Below are positions 8,539-18,600 of a DNA stretch of 64,000 nt, piece by piece; positions within the stretch are counted from its first letter, which is position 1; every line of letters begins with the position of its first letter. The position numbers and the translations under genes are program-made. The notes below the pieces were generated by a model. That model was not told the DNA's origin and made no database searches. It saw only the letters and a program-made list of their open reading frames with translations. Source of the DNA: an uncultured archaeon (GTDB taxonomy: Archaea; Asgardarchaeota; Thorarchaeia; Thorarchaeales; Thorarchaeaceae); the NCBI GenBank assembly GCA_964558645.1, contig CAZLEV010000005.1, positions 64,001-128,000 on the forward strand, read 5' to 3'.

Positions 8539-9486
8539 TCATGTGGATGTGCCGAACTCAGATGAGAGCCAGCGCACGTATTCTCTCACACCTCTTTCCA
8601 GAGGCGTCTTTGGCGCCCAACCCATCGACTTGAGAAGTGAGATATCTATATCAGTGATTACAACGTCCCCAGCCCATCCTCTCTCGGTACCCGTGTATTG
8701 GATGTCTGCATCTAGTCCAAGTTCATCAATCACGAGCTCTGCAATCCTTGAAACTCTGAGACGCTCGCCAGAGCTGACATTGATTGGCAGATGACCCTGC
8801 GTGGCAGTTTCACCTAGCAGGATTATAGCATCAATGGTATCGTCTACGTACATGTAGGCTTTCTCTTGAGTTCCGTCGCCTAAGACCTCTAGTCTTGAGG
8901 GATCCTGTTGTAGCTTGATGAAAAAGTCGTATATGACCCCGTGAGTGGAACGGGGACCGATTATATTACCGAGGCGAAGACTCACTGCATCAATTCCATA
9001 TAGCTCCGAGTACGAGTTCAGGTACATCTCAAAGGCCCCTTTGGCAGCGCCGTAGTTACTGATGGGTCTGAATGGCGTATCTTCGGGAGTAGGGAAGACA
9101 GCAGTCTCTCCATAGACTGTTCCACCAGAAGATGCAAAGAGGATACGTTGTACGTCGAATTTTCGGACCGCCTCTAGGACTTGCATGCCTCCTGCAACGT
9201 TGATCCAGAAGTCCGATAGGGGATGCTCCACGCTGAGGCGAACGTCAGGTTGAGCAGCGAGGTGGAAAACCAAATCCACGCCCTCCATTGCCCCCTCGAC
9301 TGTTTCGGAATCCGTGATTGAACCCTCAATGAAGACAAAGTCGGGTCGCTCGAGGTGATTCTTGATGTTGTCAAGGGACCCTCCCGACAGATCATCAAGG
9401 ACCTTCACATCATGCTTCTTCACAAGCCGGTCCACAAGATGACTTCCAATGAAACCAGCTCCGCCAGTGACCAGAACATTTGCCAT
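8539..9486 (-). CDS. galE: NAD-dependent epimerase/dehydratase (UDP-glucose 4-epimerase-like)
   Basis: MANVLVTGGAGFIGSHL, HLAA and YGAAK (SDR YxxxK). Confidence 0.9.
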   Translation of the reverse strand: MANVLVTGGAGFIGSHLVDRLVKKHDVKVLDDLSGGSLDNIKNHLERPDFVFIEGSITDSETVEGAMEGVDLVFHLAAQPDVRLSVEHPLSDFWINVAGGMQVLEAVRKFDVQRILFASSGGTVYGETAVFPTPEDTPFRPISNYGAAKGAFEMYLNSYSELYGIDAVSLRLGNIIGPRSTHGVIYDFFIKLQQDPSRLEVLGDGTQEKAYMYVDDTIDAIILLGETATQGHLPINVSSGERLRVSRIAELVIDELGLDADIQYTGTERGWAGDVVITDIDISLLKSMGWAPKTPLERGVREYVRWLSSEFGTST

Positions 9487-9520
9487 TCTGTTTCCCGATT
9501 CTGCAGAATGTTCAGTTTTC

Positions 9521-10132
9521 TTAAGTCTTGCTGGAACAGTCAGGTACCAGTGAGAGAATGCTACGGATGAAGCCTGCAGCCGTTGGACTCTCTTCAGTCT
9601 GATTCCATTTCTTGACAACAGCCCGATGGTTCCCAAGTACTGTCGTTATCTCTGTACCTAATCGTTCCAATTCTTCACGAGAGATCTTTGACCCTTTCCC
9701 CAGACCGGGGCATATATCACTCTTGGCGTTCAGACCCCAATGAAGTGTTTTGTTCTCTAGAGAGAAGTAGAAAGGGAAGGCTCTACATGCCATCGGTCGA
9801 ACTGCATGTATCATGCAGATGTCATCGTCAAGGAAGATACATTCCTCATTGGGTTGCTTCTTCAGAGCGATGTATGCAGAACCTTGTTCTGTATTGACAG
9901 ACGGAAAATCACGCAGTCCCTCTGGAACCTCGCCACCTTCTGGAAGCACATAGAAGTCTATGGCGCGAAGCAACCCGTTTGTGCCCAGTCCCAGACCCTG
10001 ACTGAGTTGTGCAATATCGAATGCTGTCAGAGTCACAACTATCTCTTCATCTCGACAACAAGCACCACACTGCTGGCATTCAAAACGTACACTCGAATCA
10101 AGAGGGGGTCGTTGGGATGGCAGTTGCTGCAA
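9521..10132 (-). CDS. YkgJ/CxxCxxCC family Zn- or Fe-S-chelating protein
   Basis: CQQCGACC, CIFL..DICMIH..RPMACRAFPF and CPG. Start position is approximate. Confidence 0.85.
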   Translation of the reverse strand: MQQLPSQRPPLDSSVRFECQQCGACCRDEEIVVTLTAFDIAQLSQGLGLGTNGLLRAIDFYVLPEGGEVPEGLRDFPSVNTEQGSAYIALKKQPNEECIFLDDDICMIHAVRPMACRAFPFYFSLENKTLHWGLNAKSDICPGLGKGSKISREELERLGTEITTVLGNHRAVVKKWNQTEESPTAAGFIRSILSLVPDCSSKT

Positions 10133-11303
10133 CTCCTTTCCTGAGGGTCCTGAGGTAGTTCTCAAGAATCGCCAGACCCTCCTCCATCTCTTCCATCGAC
10201 GCGGCATAGGTGAAGCGTAGATGATGGTCGAAATCGGCCCCGAATACTCTCCCAGGTGTGCATACAACACCAGTCTCTCTCAGAATGCGTTCGGCAAGCT
10301 CTTCACTACCTATGCCATAGGCTGAAAAATCAGGAAACACGTAGAATGCCCCAAGTGGATTTACACAGGCCACATCACCCATACCGCAGAAGATGCTCTT
10401 CATGCGGTCTCTTCTCCGCTGGTATTCTTGCCGCATCATCTCGACAGAGCTCTGGTCGCCAGTGAGTGCCTCAACTCCAGCAACCTGCACGAATGAGGTG
10501 GCACATGAGGTCGTATTCTGTTGGATTCGAACCATATTGTCGATTGTTTCCGAGTTTCCCACGGCATAACCCAATCGCCAACCGGTCATTGAGTATGTTT
10601 TCGAAAAACCGTTGACCACGAGGGTGCGTTCCATGGCCGGATCAATCTCCAGCATGGACACCTTTTCAGTCTCCTCGTAAATCAGACTCTCGTATATCTC
10701 ATCACTGAACACGACAAAATCGTGATCGCAAGCAAGTTCGTGGATTGCACGGAGATCGTTGCGACTCAAGACGCCCCCAGTGGGGTTGTTTGGACTATTG
10801 ATAACTAGGCCCCTACAGTCTGGTGTTATCTTCTCCTTCAGTGATTCAACATTGAATGTATATCGGGAATCTGTGGGTACGTCAATAGGTCTTCCACCGG
10901 CATTGCGTATCATAACTCGATAGCTTGGCCATGCTGGAGTTAGCATGATGACGTCATCACCAGCATCGATGGCGGATAGTATGCCCATGAATAGAGCCAT
11001 CTTGGCTCCCGGTGTCACAATGACGTTCTTTCGTCCAGCAATGCCGATTCCCCTCTCAGCATACAAGTCAGAGATGGCATCCAGCAAGGGGGGTATCCCG
11101 CGTGAGGAGACGTATTTCGTGACCCCGGCCTTGAGAGCACCAATCGCAGCATTGGTGATATTCGCAGGAGTAGGAAAATCTGGCTGGCCAACTTCAAAAT
11201 GGTAGATTCTTCTACCCTCTGCCTCTAAGCGAGATGCTAGCTCAAACATCCGCAGAGTTCCAGATGCGGGGATTCTTTGCATGTGATGCGAGGTCCAATC
11301 CAT
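10098..11303 (-). CDS. aspC: PLP-dependent class I/II aminotransferase (aspartate aminotransferase-like)
   Basis: GQPDF, NSPNNPTG, SDEIY and GFSKTYSMTGWRLG. Confidence 0.92.
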   Translation of the reverse strand: MDWTSHHMQRIPASGTLRMFELASRLEAEGRRIYHFEVGQPDFPTPANITNAAIGALKAGVTKYVSSRGIPPLLDAISDLYAERGIGIAGRKNVIVTPGAKMALFMGILSAIDAGDDVIMLTPAWPSYRVMIRNAGGRPIDVPTDSRYTFNVESLKEKITPDCRGLVINSPNNPTGGVLSRNDLRAIHELACDHDFVVFSDEIYESLIYEETEKVSMLEIDPAMERTLVVNGFSKTYSMTGWRLGYAVGNSETIDNMVRIQQNTTSCATSFVQVAGVEALTGDQSSVEMMRQEYQRRRDRMKSIFCGMGDVACVNPLGAFYVFPDFSAYGIGSEELAERILRETGVVCTPGRVFGADFDHHLRFTYAASMEEMEEGLAILENYLRTLRKGVAATAIPTTPS

Positions 11304-11378
11304 CGGCTTATCACCGCATTACTGACAAGCGGGGGGAATACCATTGCCAGCATAACAGCCCAGCAAAGAAACGTTATA

Positions 11379-12218
11379 TTACTTGTGGATGCGTACATGC
11401 TCTGAGAAGCTCTCAAACAGCCGCTCTTTCTGATTTTCGGTGCCCAGCACTCTTATCCGATCGGGCATAGCCTCACCCAACCCCTCTTCATATGCCCTTC
11501 GAACATAGGGTACATCCATGGGATCCAGTCCAAATAGACCTGAACAGAAAGCATCAACAGCAACGGGGTCTTCTCCTACAATGACACCACCAACGTGTAC
11601 TTTGTTTCGATCAATGCGGTCTCCCACAACTACATCCGTCAAGTCGACAATCGTCAGAGACGGCCTGAAAGCGACAAGTAGATCGAGAAGCACCTCGGTC
11701 AGGCGCTCATGATGCTTCGATTTGTCCTGCTCAGGAAGAAGGCCAAGTAGGTTCTTGATCGATGCACCGAGTCCAATCGAGGGGTCGGTTTTCGCAGTAC
11801 AAACGTTAACAATGAAGGGATTGAGAGCAAGAATATCAGGGATGGGCCTCTCGAAAAAAGCATGACCAGAGAATCTTGCAGGGACTGTATCGAGACTTGA
11901 TAGATTCACCAATCTAAAGCCCTCAAGCTGAAGCTGTGTATACTGCATCTGTTTGAAGGCATCTTCAGCCGTTCGTTTCGGGTTATCGCTCTCAATTATA
12001 GACACGTTTGCCGCATGCTTGAATATTCGAGCGACAGCCCTTGTCATCTCTAGTGATGTGTTGCCGGGAAGTGAAGGGGCATAGATGGAGGGTTTGACCA
12101 ACACCTGGCTGAGCGGAGCATCAAGGCGAATTGGCGATGAGAGTCTGGAAAGAGCGGCACCAAGGGTTTCCCAAGGGGTTCGCCTCACAGCGACTGCAAC
12201 TTCAGCAGATGTTTTCAT
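11379..12218 (-). CDS. DUF362 family protein
   Basis: VLVKPS, SIKNLLG, RPSLTIVD and DPVAVDA. Confidence 0.8.
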   Translation of the reverse strand: MKTSAEVAVAVRRTPWETLGAALSRLSSPIRLDAPLSQVLVKPSIYAPSLPGNTSLEMTRAVARIFKHAANVSIIESDNPKRTAEDAFKQMQYTQLQLEGFRLVNLSSLDTVPARFSGHAFFERPIPDILALNPFIVNVCTAKTDPSIGLGASIKNLLGLLPEQDKSKHHERLTEVLLDLLVAFRPSLTIVDLTDVVVGDRIDRNKVHVGGVIVGEDPVAVDAFCSGLFGLDPMDVPYVRRAYEEGLGEAMPDRIRVLGTENQKERLFESFSEHVRIHK

Positions 12219-12407
12219 AGGATGTAGTCATGGAGTTGAGCCTTTAAGTCAGACGTAAGGAGCGAAAGTCGCGAATGATTTCTTAGTACACCTCAACGAG
12301 GAGGAGGGGCAATCCAGTTGCCGGACTGATTGTGTTTGATAGGCTCTGTTTGAGTTTATGCTTCCCCGGATCCGAAGGCTCACAATTGTGTGATGATCTG
12401 TGGTCAT

Positions 12408-13793
12408 TCAGGCTCCAAAGAATAGCCTTCGTGCTCTCCGCCGACGTTCTTCCTCGCTCTCGTCGGATTCTGGCGGCGGCGGAGGAGGAGGAGTCTTTGC
12501 TTCCTTTGATTCGGAAGGCTCCGTTTCGTCCTCTTCCTCCTTCTCTCCGAACTCCTCTGAATCTTCAGAGTCAACGGTCGAGGGTTCATCATAAGGAGTC
12601 CAAAGGCTGGGTTCTTCTGATTCATCCTCTACAGGGCCGACTTCTGTCGGATCAGGGGGCTTCAAATCGTCTTCGTCGACATAACCTCTATGTGGTCCTT
12701 CGTCGACCTCAGCATCTTCATCGGGGTGAGTGACCTCATCCGCATCTGGTATCACCGATCGTTCATAGTCATGCCATGTGAATGAGCCAGAATCATCCGC
12801 CGCATCCTCAGACGCATCGTCTTCAGTGGTCTCGGCATCGGCCTCCACTTCGTCAGTGAACTCGTCCTCTTCAGATGGATGAGGCGATATCTCAACCCCA
12901 TATGATGAGAAAGCACGCTCCAGTTGATCAAGGGCTCCAGAAAGCCGCGGGTCTTCTCCTTCTGATGGCTCTTCGTCGTCGGTTTCGTCCCATTCAACCT
13001 TGGGAGACTCTGCCTCAGAAGAGGTGGATTCGATATCTACTTGAAAAGAGGCCTCATCTTCGGTTTCAGGCACCTCAGGTTCGTCGGGCACAGGTACAGG
13101 GGCTGAGTGTGCCTCCGATTCATGCTCTGCGTCTTCAATAATCAGATCTTGGGGTTCAGATAACTCGAACTCCTCGGAGAAGTCCCGTTCTGCATCGAAA
13201 TCTGGCTCTCGGCTCGCATCTTCGGATGTTCTCTCGATGTGGTCTATCGATGCCGACTCAACATCATCAAAGGCAGGTTCGATTCTCTCCTCTGCTTCCG
13301 CGTCTTCGGAGTCTTCATGAAGAAGGGGAGAGTCGGGAAGCTCCGCATCATCAGGTGCAACATAGTCGTCTTCAGGCGGTGCCTCAGTAGCAGAATCATC
13401 TGCAGGGTGGGTCTCACCAGAATACAAGTCCCCAGGGTCTGTAAGCGTTCGTGCAAGGGGAGAGTCCTCTACCATCGACTCTGCCTTTTCAAAGAAGTCC
13501 ACTCCAGAACCTTCTGTATGTGATGGTTCCTCTTCTCCTTCAGAGGAGAACTGGATACCCAATGCGTGACTAAGACATGACTCACACCGCTTGGCCGCGG
13601 CAATGAGAGCCTCGTGCATGAACTGATCTAGGGGCTTTGCCTTGTTTGGATTCCTGCTCCTCCACTTCAAGAAACTGTCAATCATGCGCAACGCGTCACG
13701 TACTCCGAGCCAGTACGACTCGTCTTTACTACTGAAACTCAACTGGAACACCAATACTGAGATGTCGGAATTGGAGAAAAGGCTTTCCGTCAT
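12408..13793 (-). CDS. Highly acidic, largely disordered protein with a small N-terminal helical domain, C-terminal polyproline and basic tail
   Basis: 461 aa, D/E/P-rich; ends KTPPPPPPPESDESEEERRRRARRLFFGA. Confidence 0.8.
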   Translation of the reverse strand: MTESLFSNSDISVLVFQLSFSSKDESYWLGVRDALRMIDSFLKWRSRNPNKAKPLDQFMHEALIAAAKRCESCLSHALGIQFSSEGEEEPSHTEGSGVDFFEKAESMVEDSPLARTLTDPGDLYSGETHPADDSATEAPPEDDYVAPDDAELPDSPLLHEDSEDAEAEERIEPAFDDVESASIDHIERTSEDASREPDFDAERDFSEEFELSEPQDLIIEDAEHESEAHSAPVPVPDEPEVPETEDEASFQVDIESTSSEAESPKVEWDETDDEEPSEGEDPRLSGALDQLERAFSSYGVEISPHPSEEDEFTDEVEADAETTEDDASEDAADDSGSFTWHDYERSVIPDADEVTHPDEDAEVDEGPHRGYVDEDDLKPPDPTEVGPVEDESEEPSLWTPYDEPSTVDSEDSEEFGEKEEEDETEPSESKEAKTPPPPPPPESDESEEERRRRARRLFFGA

Positions 13794-13811
13794 GAGATGG
13801 TCTGAACACGG

Positions 13812-14249
13812 TCATTTCTGCCTTTGTTCGAGCATCTCACCGACCAGGTCTCTGAAGATCTCCGCCAGCTCAGCGCACTTCGTCTGGTCCAGGCGACCAT
13901 CCGCCGTGAAGACGCGAGTTGGATATCTTTCACCCAGATTCTCACGCACATCATTCCTGTACTTTGTTTCTAGCTCGGGTGTGGACTCGGGAAGCACAAT
14001 CAAAGCAGCGGTCGCACCCTTATAACTCAAAGAAAAGAGGAGATCCATTGCTGTGTCCTTGGGAGACATGATGAGCGCACGCACATCAGAATCTAGAGTC
14101 TTCATGTCTGCCGAGCCTATTCGTATACCATCAACGACAATCGTCTGATCCATTAGAGCCGTAAGGACTCCCTCCAATAGTTCATCATCAGGACCGACTA
14201 TGGTTATCTTGAACGAGTACCTCGATTTCTTCGCGGGCATGCTCATCAC
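13812..14249 (-). CDS. Degenerate small-GTPase-like (Rab/Ras fold) protein lacking G motifs
   Basis: YSFKITIVG, GIRIGSADM..DSDVRALI, SYKGATAALIV and RENLG..YP follow the Rab order, but GxxxxGKS, DxxG and NKxD are absent. Confidence 0.6.
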   Translation of the reverse strand: MMSMPAKKSRYSFKITIVGPDDELLEGVLTALMDQTIVVDGIRIGSADMKTLDSDVRALIMSPKDTAMDLLFSLSYKGATAALIVLPESTPELETKYRNDVRENLGERYPTRVFTADGRLDQTKCAELAEIFRDLVGEMLEQRQK

Positions 14250-14393
14250 CTGTTCAGACTTGTTGCAAGAGTGATAGATACTTAGAGCTGACGAACTGTT
14301 GATATGTCTTATGAATACCTCAACCGCAGTAGGGAATCATGCAGCCATAGATTATTAAGAAAAGGGCAAGGGGCTTGATTCTAAGGGATTAGG

Positions 14394-14741
14394 TTGACAA
14401 CAAAGGCAGAAGTGTTCAAAACGTTAGAACCCGTTCAAGACCCTGAACACCCGGTATCCATTACTGACCCAAGGATGGCGATAGTAACCATGGACTACAT
14501 CAGTGTCGATGAGGATACTATCAGAGTAGAGTTCAAACCAACGGTTCCCTACTGTCCCATGGGCGGACTGATTGGGATTCTTATCAGGCACAGGTTAGAA
14601 GAAGTCTATCCTGATGCAGAGATCGAGGTCAGGGTTTTGCCGGGATCTCACAGTCAGGAAGAGGCAGTCAATAGCATGATAAATGACAACGCGAAGTATC
14701 AGAATGTTGTGGAACAACTGAAGCAACGAGATATGCTGTAG
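14394..14741 (+). CDS. DUF59/MIP18 Fe-S assembly protein, Cia2/CIAO2 (FAM96)-like
   Basis: DPEHP, FKPTVPYCPMGGLIG and PGSHSQEEAVN. Confidence 0.85.
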   Translation: MTTKAEVFKTLEPVQDPEHPVSITDPRMAIVTMDYISVDEDTIRVEFKPTVPYCPMGGLIGILIRHRLEEVYPDAEIEVRVLPGSHSQEEAVNSMINDNAKYQNVVEQLKQRDML

Positions 14742-14762
14742 AGAACTGCAGAGGTATCAAGA

Positions 14763-15110
14763 TTGAAGACCTCCGATTACATTTTGGGGGCAGGAGGCAT
14801 TCTGCTCATCGTCGGAGCAGTCCTAGTGGCATTTGCTGGATGGCAAGGAGAGAGTTTCATCATTTTGTTCCCCTTCTTCATCGCTGGAGACTTAGGCCCA
14901 ATCGTTGTCGTCTTCGTGGTTATCAGCTTACTACTACCCCTGATGCTTTTCGCACTGTTTCTGAGAAACGCCTCACAGGTGAGTAGGGGCCAGGTTCCTG
15001 ATTGGCGCCAGGGAGAAACATGCCCCGGCTGTGGAACTACTCTTCCACAGCAAGCAGAATTCTGTTACAAGTGCGGCCGACCTCTACACGAGAAACACGA
15101 TATGCGCTGA
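14763..15110 (+). CDS. Membrane protein with C-terminal zinc ribbon
   Basis: Two to three hydrophobic segments followed by CPGCG...FCYKCG. Confidence 0.8.
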   Translation: MKTSDYILGAGGILLIVGAVLVAFAGWQGESFIILFPFFIAGDLGPIVVVFVVISLLLPLMLFALFLRNASQVSRGQVPDWRQGETCPGCGTTLPQQAEFCYKCGRPLHEKHDMR

Positions 15111-15147
15111 CAAGTCATCAGTTAGACACCTTTGAGTGTGCAAAGCG

Positions 15148-15606
15148 TTGAAACGGAAGATACGATTCCTGAAGCCTTCAGATTTGGATGATGTGGAGAG
15201 AATAGAGAGCTTGTCATTTCCCGAGCCGTGGGACTTCGAGATTTTTGAGATTCTGGCGTCGTACCACGGCAGGGCGAAGAAGAGAGGGGGCGAGAAACTG
15301 TACATGTATGTGCTCGAAGAGAACGGCGTGACGGGGTATGTGGTCTGGGAAGAATCTGCAAACGAAGGACATATTCTAAACCTAGCAGTTCGAGAAGACA
15401 AGAGAGGCAGTGGTCGTGGAAGAGAACTGCTTCTCTTCGCCCTCAGAAGACAAGAGCTTAGTGGAATGACTTCTTGCATCCTCGAATGCAGAGAAAGCAA
15501 TGCAATTGCACGACGTTTCTATGAGAGCGTTGGCATGACCCAAGTGGATCGTGTCGCCGGATACTACGGAGATCAGGACGCCATCATCTACAGATGGGAC
15601 TTCTAG
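15148..15606 (+). CDS. rimI: RimI/Ard1-like GNAT N-acetyltransferase
   Basis: IESLSFPEPW, HILNLAV, RGSGRG, LECRESN..ARRFY and YYGD..DA. Start (TTG) is approximate. Confidence 0.88.
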   Translation: MKRKIRFLKPSDLDDVERIESLSFPEPWDFEIFEILASYHGRAKKRGGEKLYMYVLEENGVTGYVVWEESANEGHILNLAVREDKRGSGRGRELLLFALRRQELSGMTSCILECRESNAIARRFYESVGMTQVDRVAGYYGDQDAIIYRWDF

Positions 15607-18600
15607 CTGCGTCTTGATTCGACCAGACGCGGCCCGAGTACATCGTGATACAGCCTCAGATAGGCAGGGTCAGATGAAACCAACGCAACTGGACGACCTC
15701 CGTCTGTCGAACCACCTAGTAACAACTCCTTCTGGTCACAGAGCGCCATATCATACGGGTGGTCAGTTTCCCAGACTCTCCAGCCGGCAAGATTCTTGAG
15801 AGCAGCGGGTTGTTCTTCCGATCGGGGAACCACCAGAACCTTTCTTCGCGGAGTATTCACCTTCGCGAGCTTCTTAAGATCCAAGCTCTCAACGTTGACA
15901 ACAGATACGAGTACGGATTCTTCTGCACGCTCAGCCATCTCTACCATGTGAGCATAGATTTCATCTGCACCTGACACATACCACGTCTTCTCGCTCGGCA
16001 GAGTCAGTACAGACTTGCTTGCTGTGTGGATTGCGTCCAGAACATCCTTAGTATTCGTTGCGAGTTCCTTAGCTGTGTTGACGCTCTCCTCGATTCCCTG
16101 CTTGAGTTCCTTGCCGTCGTTTCTTATTGACGAAAGCAAGGTCTTTGCTGACTTGTCAGTGTCACTCTCAAAATGGTTGAGCAGATCATTGCGTTTCTCT
16201 GTCAAGGTTGACGTCTTGGTAGAAGCGTCGTTATTGGCCTTGGTGACGACTTCTCTCAGCTCCGTACCTTTCACACCCAGCTCGTTCCGCATCTCCTCGA
16301 CGAGCTGATATGCATCATTGCTCAGCTTGGTCTTGAGTTCGAGAGCAAGATTCTCAAACCTTCGAGACGCCGTCAGATTCGAGGACACAACTGCCTCACG
16401 GGTCTTCTCAAAGAGATCTTCACGGCGCCGCTCTAGCCTATTTGAGGCGTTCTCGACCAAGGATGTGTAGTCTGTTGTCAAAGACTCAACAGAATCCAAG
16501 TACTCCTCTCTGTCAGAAGTGAGAGACTCGATTATATCGGACTTTCTCTCCTGTGTCCAGACTCCCGCATCTTCGAGGTTCGCTTCAACCGTAGCTGTCA
16601 GTTTCTTTTCGAGGTTGGATACAGCCTCCGTTCCTGTCCTCAAGCGAGTCTTCGTGGCCTGTTGGAATTCATTAAGTCGGGCCTTGAATGACGAGCTGGT
16701 CTTCTCCAACAAGGTGTTTACTGACTTCTCGAACTGCTCCACTGTATGTTCGCCTCGATCACTGATACCATCCGAAACTTCCTCTGATGCTTTGGTTAGA
16801 TTCTGGCTTGCAAGCTGGATATCCTCAGTCAACTTGTTTCCCAAAGCCCCCGAGGAGGTAGACACATTCTCCAGCGCGTTTTCAACCCATTGCGCGGCTG
16901 CATCGAACGCTTCGTTTGCCTCGTCCCTTCGTTGCTCAATGGCTGCAGATATCTCGTCATTCACATCCCTGCGGATATCAATGATCTCCTTTTCACGCGC
17001 GACGAGCTGTTCCTGGTATGACTCCATACTTTCGATAGACCTATTGCTGATTTCAGTTGATAGTCTGTCAATCTTCTTGGTTGTGTCTGCAAGCAGACGC
17101 TGTTTGGCGTCAGCCTGCTCTGAAGCGTAGTTGTCCACAGTTGACCGCATACTCGCTGAAGTGCGAGCAAAGGAATTCTTGACTGATTCCCGAGTATCTG
17201 CGACTCTGTCCTGGATGTTGGACTGAGCACCCGTGACTGAGGTCTCGAACTCGCGAGACGTCTGGACAAGGTTTTCGCCCATCTGTTTTATCGTTCCGTG
17301 CCGTATCTGATCAAGATTGTCCTCTACAGCTTGGAGATTGGACTCGATCATTGAATGGGTACCGGCTAGTTTCTCAGATAGCTGAGCCTGCTTTTCGACA
17401 CTGAAGTCATTCAGGCTCTTGCGAGTCATGCTAACAGAGTTCACAATATCGTCAATACGGAGAGCAATCTCTGAAGTATACTCCTGCTGCAGCTTGAGGG
17501 AGTCTGCCTGTAGTGCTTCAATCTCTGTCTTGATGGAATTCTTGAATTCAGTATGAGCAGAGCTGATCAGATCGCGTGATTCCATCGTCTGACTGGTGAT
17601 AAGACCATTAAACGTTGATTCAAGGCTCTGGGTCAGGGCAATGAATTGACGAGTCATCTCCTCAAGATTGAGATGAAACTCGCCTCGAATCTCTTCGGCC
17701 TGACGGTCGATGCGTTGAACTTGATCATCAATGGTCGAATCAACCTCTTTCTGCACTCTATCGGCCTGAGAAGCGAGTGTTGATACGCTCTGTGCTAACC
17801 TGTCATCCAGTTGGGAGTTCAGCGTCTGGTAAAGATTCTTTGTTTCTTTGATGTTCTTCTGGATCTTTGAGCTGATCTCCGTGACAGTCTCTTCGAGTGT
17901 TTTGCCGAACCCGCTCTCCAAGTCGTTGACAAAGCGTGATACACCCGACAGGACTGTTTCATTCTTTGTCTTCACCGAGCTCTGTATCGTTCCGAATGAG
18001 GACTTGAGTCTGCTACTCATACTGCTCGTCAAGGACTTGAGCTCATCAGCCTGAACAGACAGAGTGTCATTGACATCGTTGATAACACCCTCCAGATTGG
18101 AGAAGACATCTTGTTCGCCTTCTTCAGCCCAAGAATCAAGCTTGGCCTGTAGCTTTGCCCTGACCTCCTCGATGCTTGCTTGCTCCGAAGCATTCTGCTC
18201 ATCGAGTAGTCTGATCACTTCAGCACGAGCTTCTGTAACATGTGCTCCAAATCTATTCTGCATACCAGCGACCAAGGTCTTCAGTTCATCATGATTCTCT
18301 GAAATCATAGACGCAAGACGTTCGAGATGACTTCCCAGTGCATTCTTGATGTCCTCCAAGTAGGCCACATCTGTGGCCTTAATCTGCTCAAACTGTGCAG
18401 CTATCGACTGACCCGAGGAGGCCATGTCAGCTTCCACTTCATCTTTCCATTTCTCAACCTCGTCAACAAGCTCGTCGGTTAAGGTCGCCGTAGTACCTAT
18501 TCTGTTCCCTGCCACACCAGCATATTCGCGAAAGTGTTCCCTGTTCACGTCAACAAGCTCGCTCAACGACTTCTCCGCGCTGACACGATTATTGCGAAGT

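Noticed and set aside
12274-12329. Possible C/D box sRNA (AATGATT...CTGA)
   Set aside because: The C box is imperfect, there are no convincing C'/D' boxes, and I could not identify guide complementarity.
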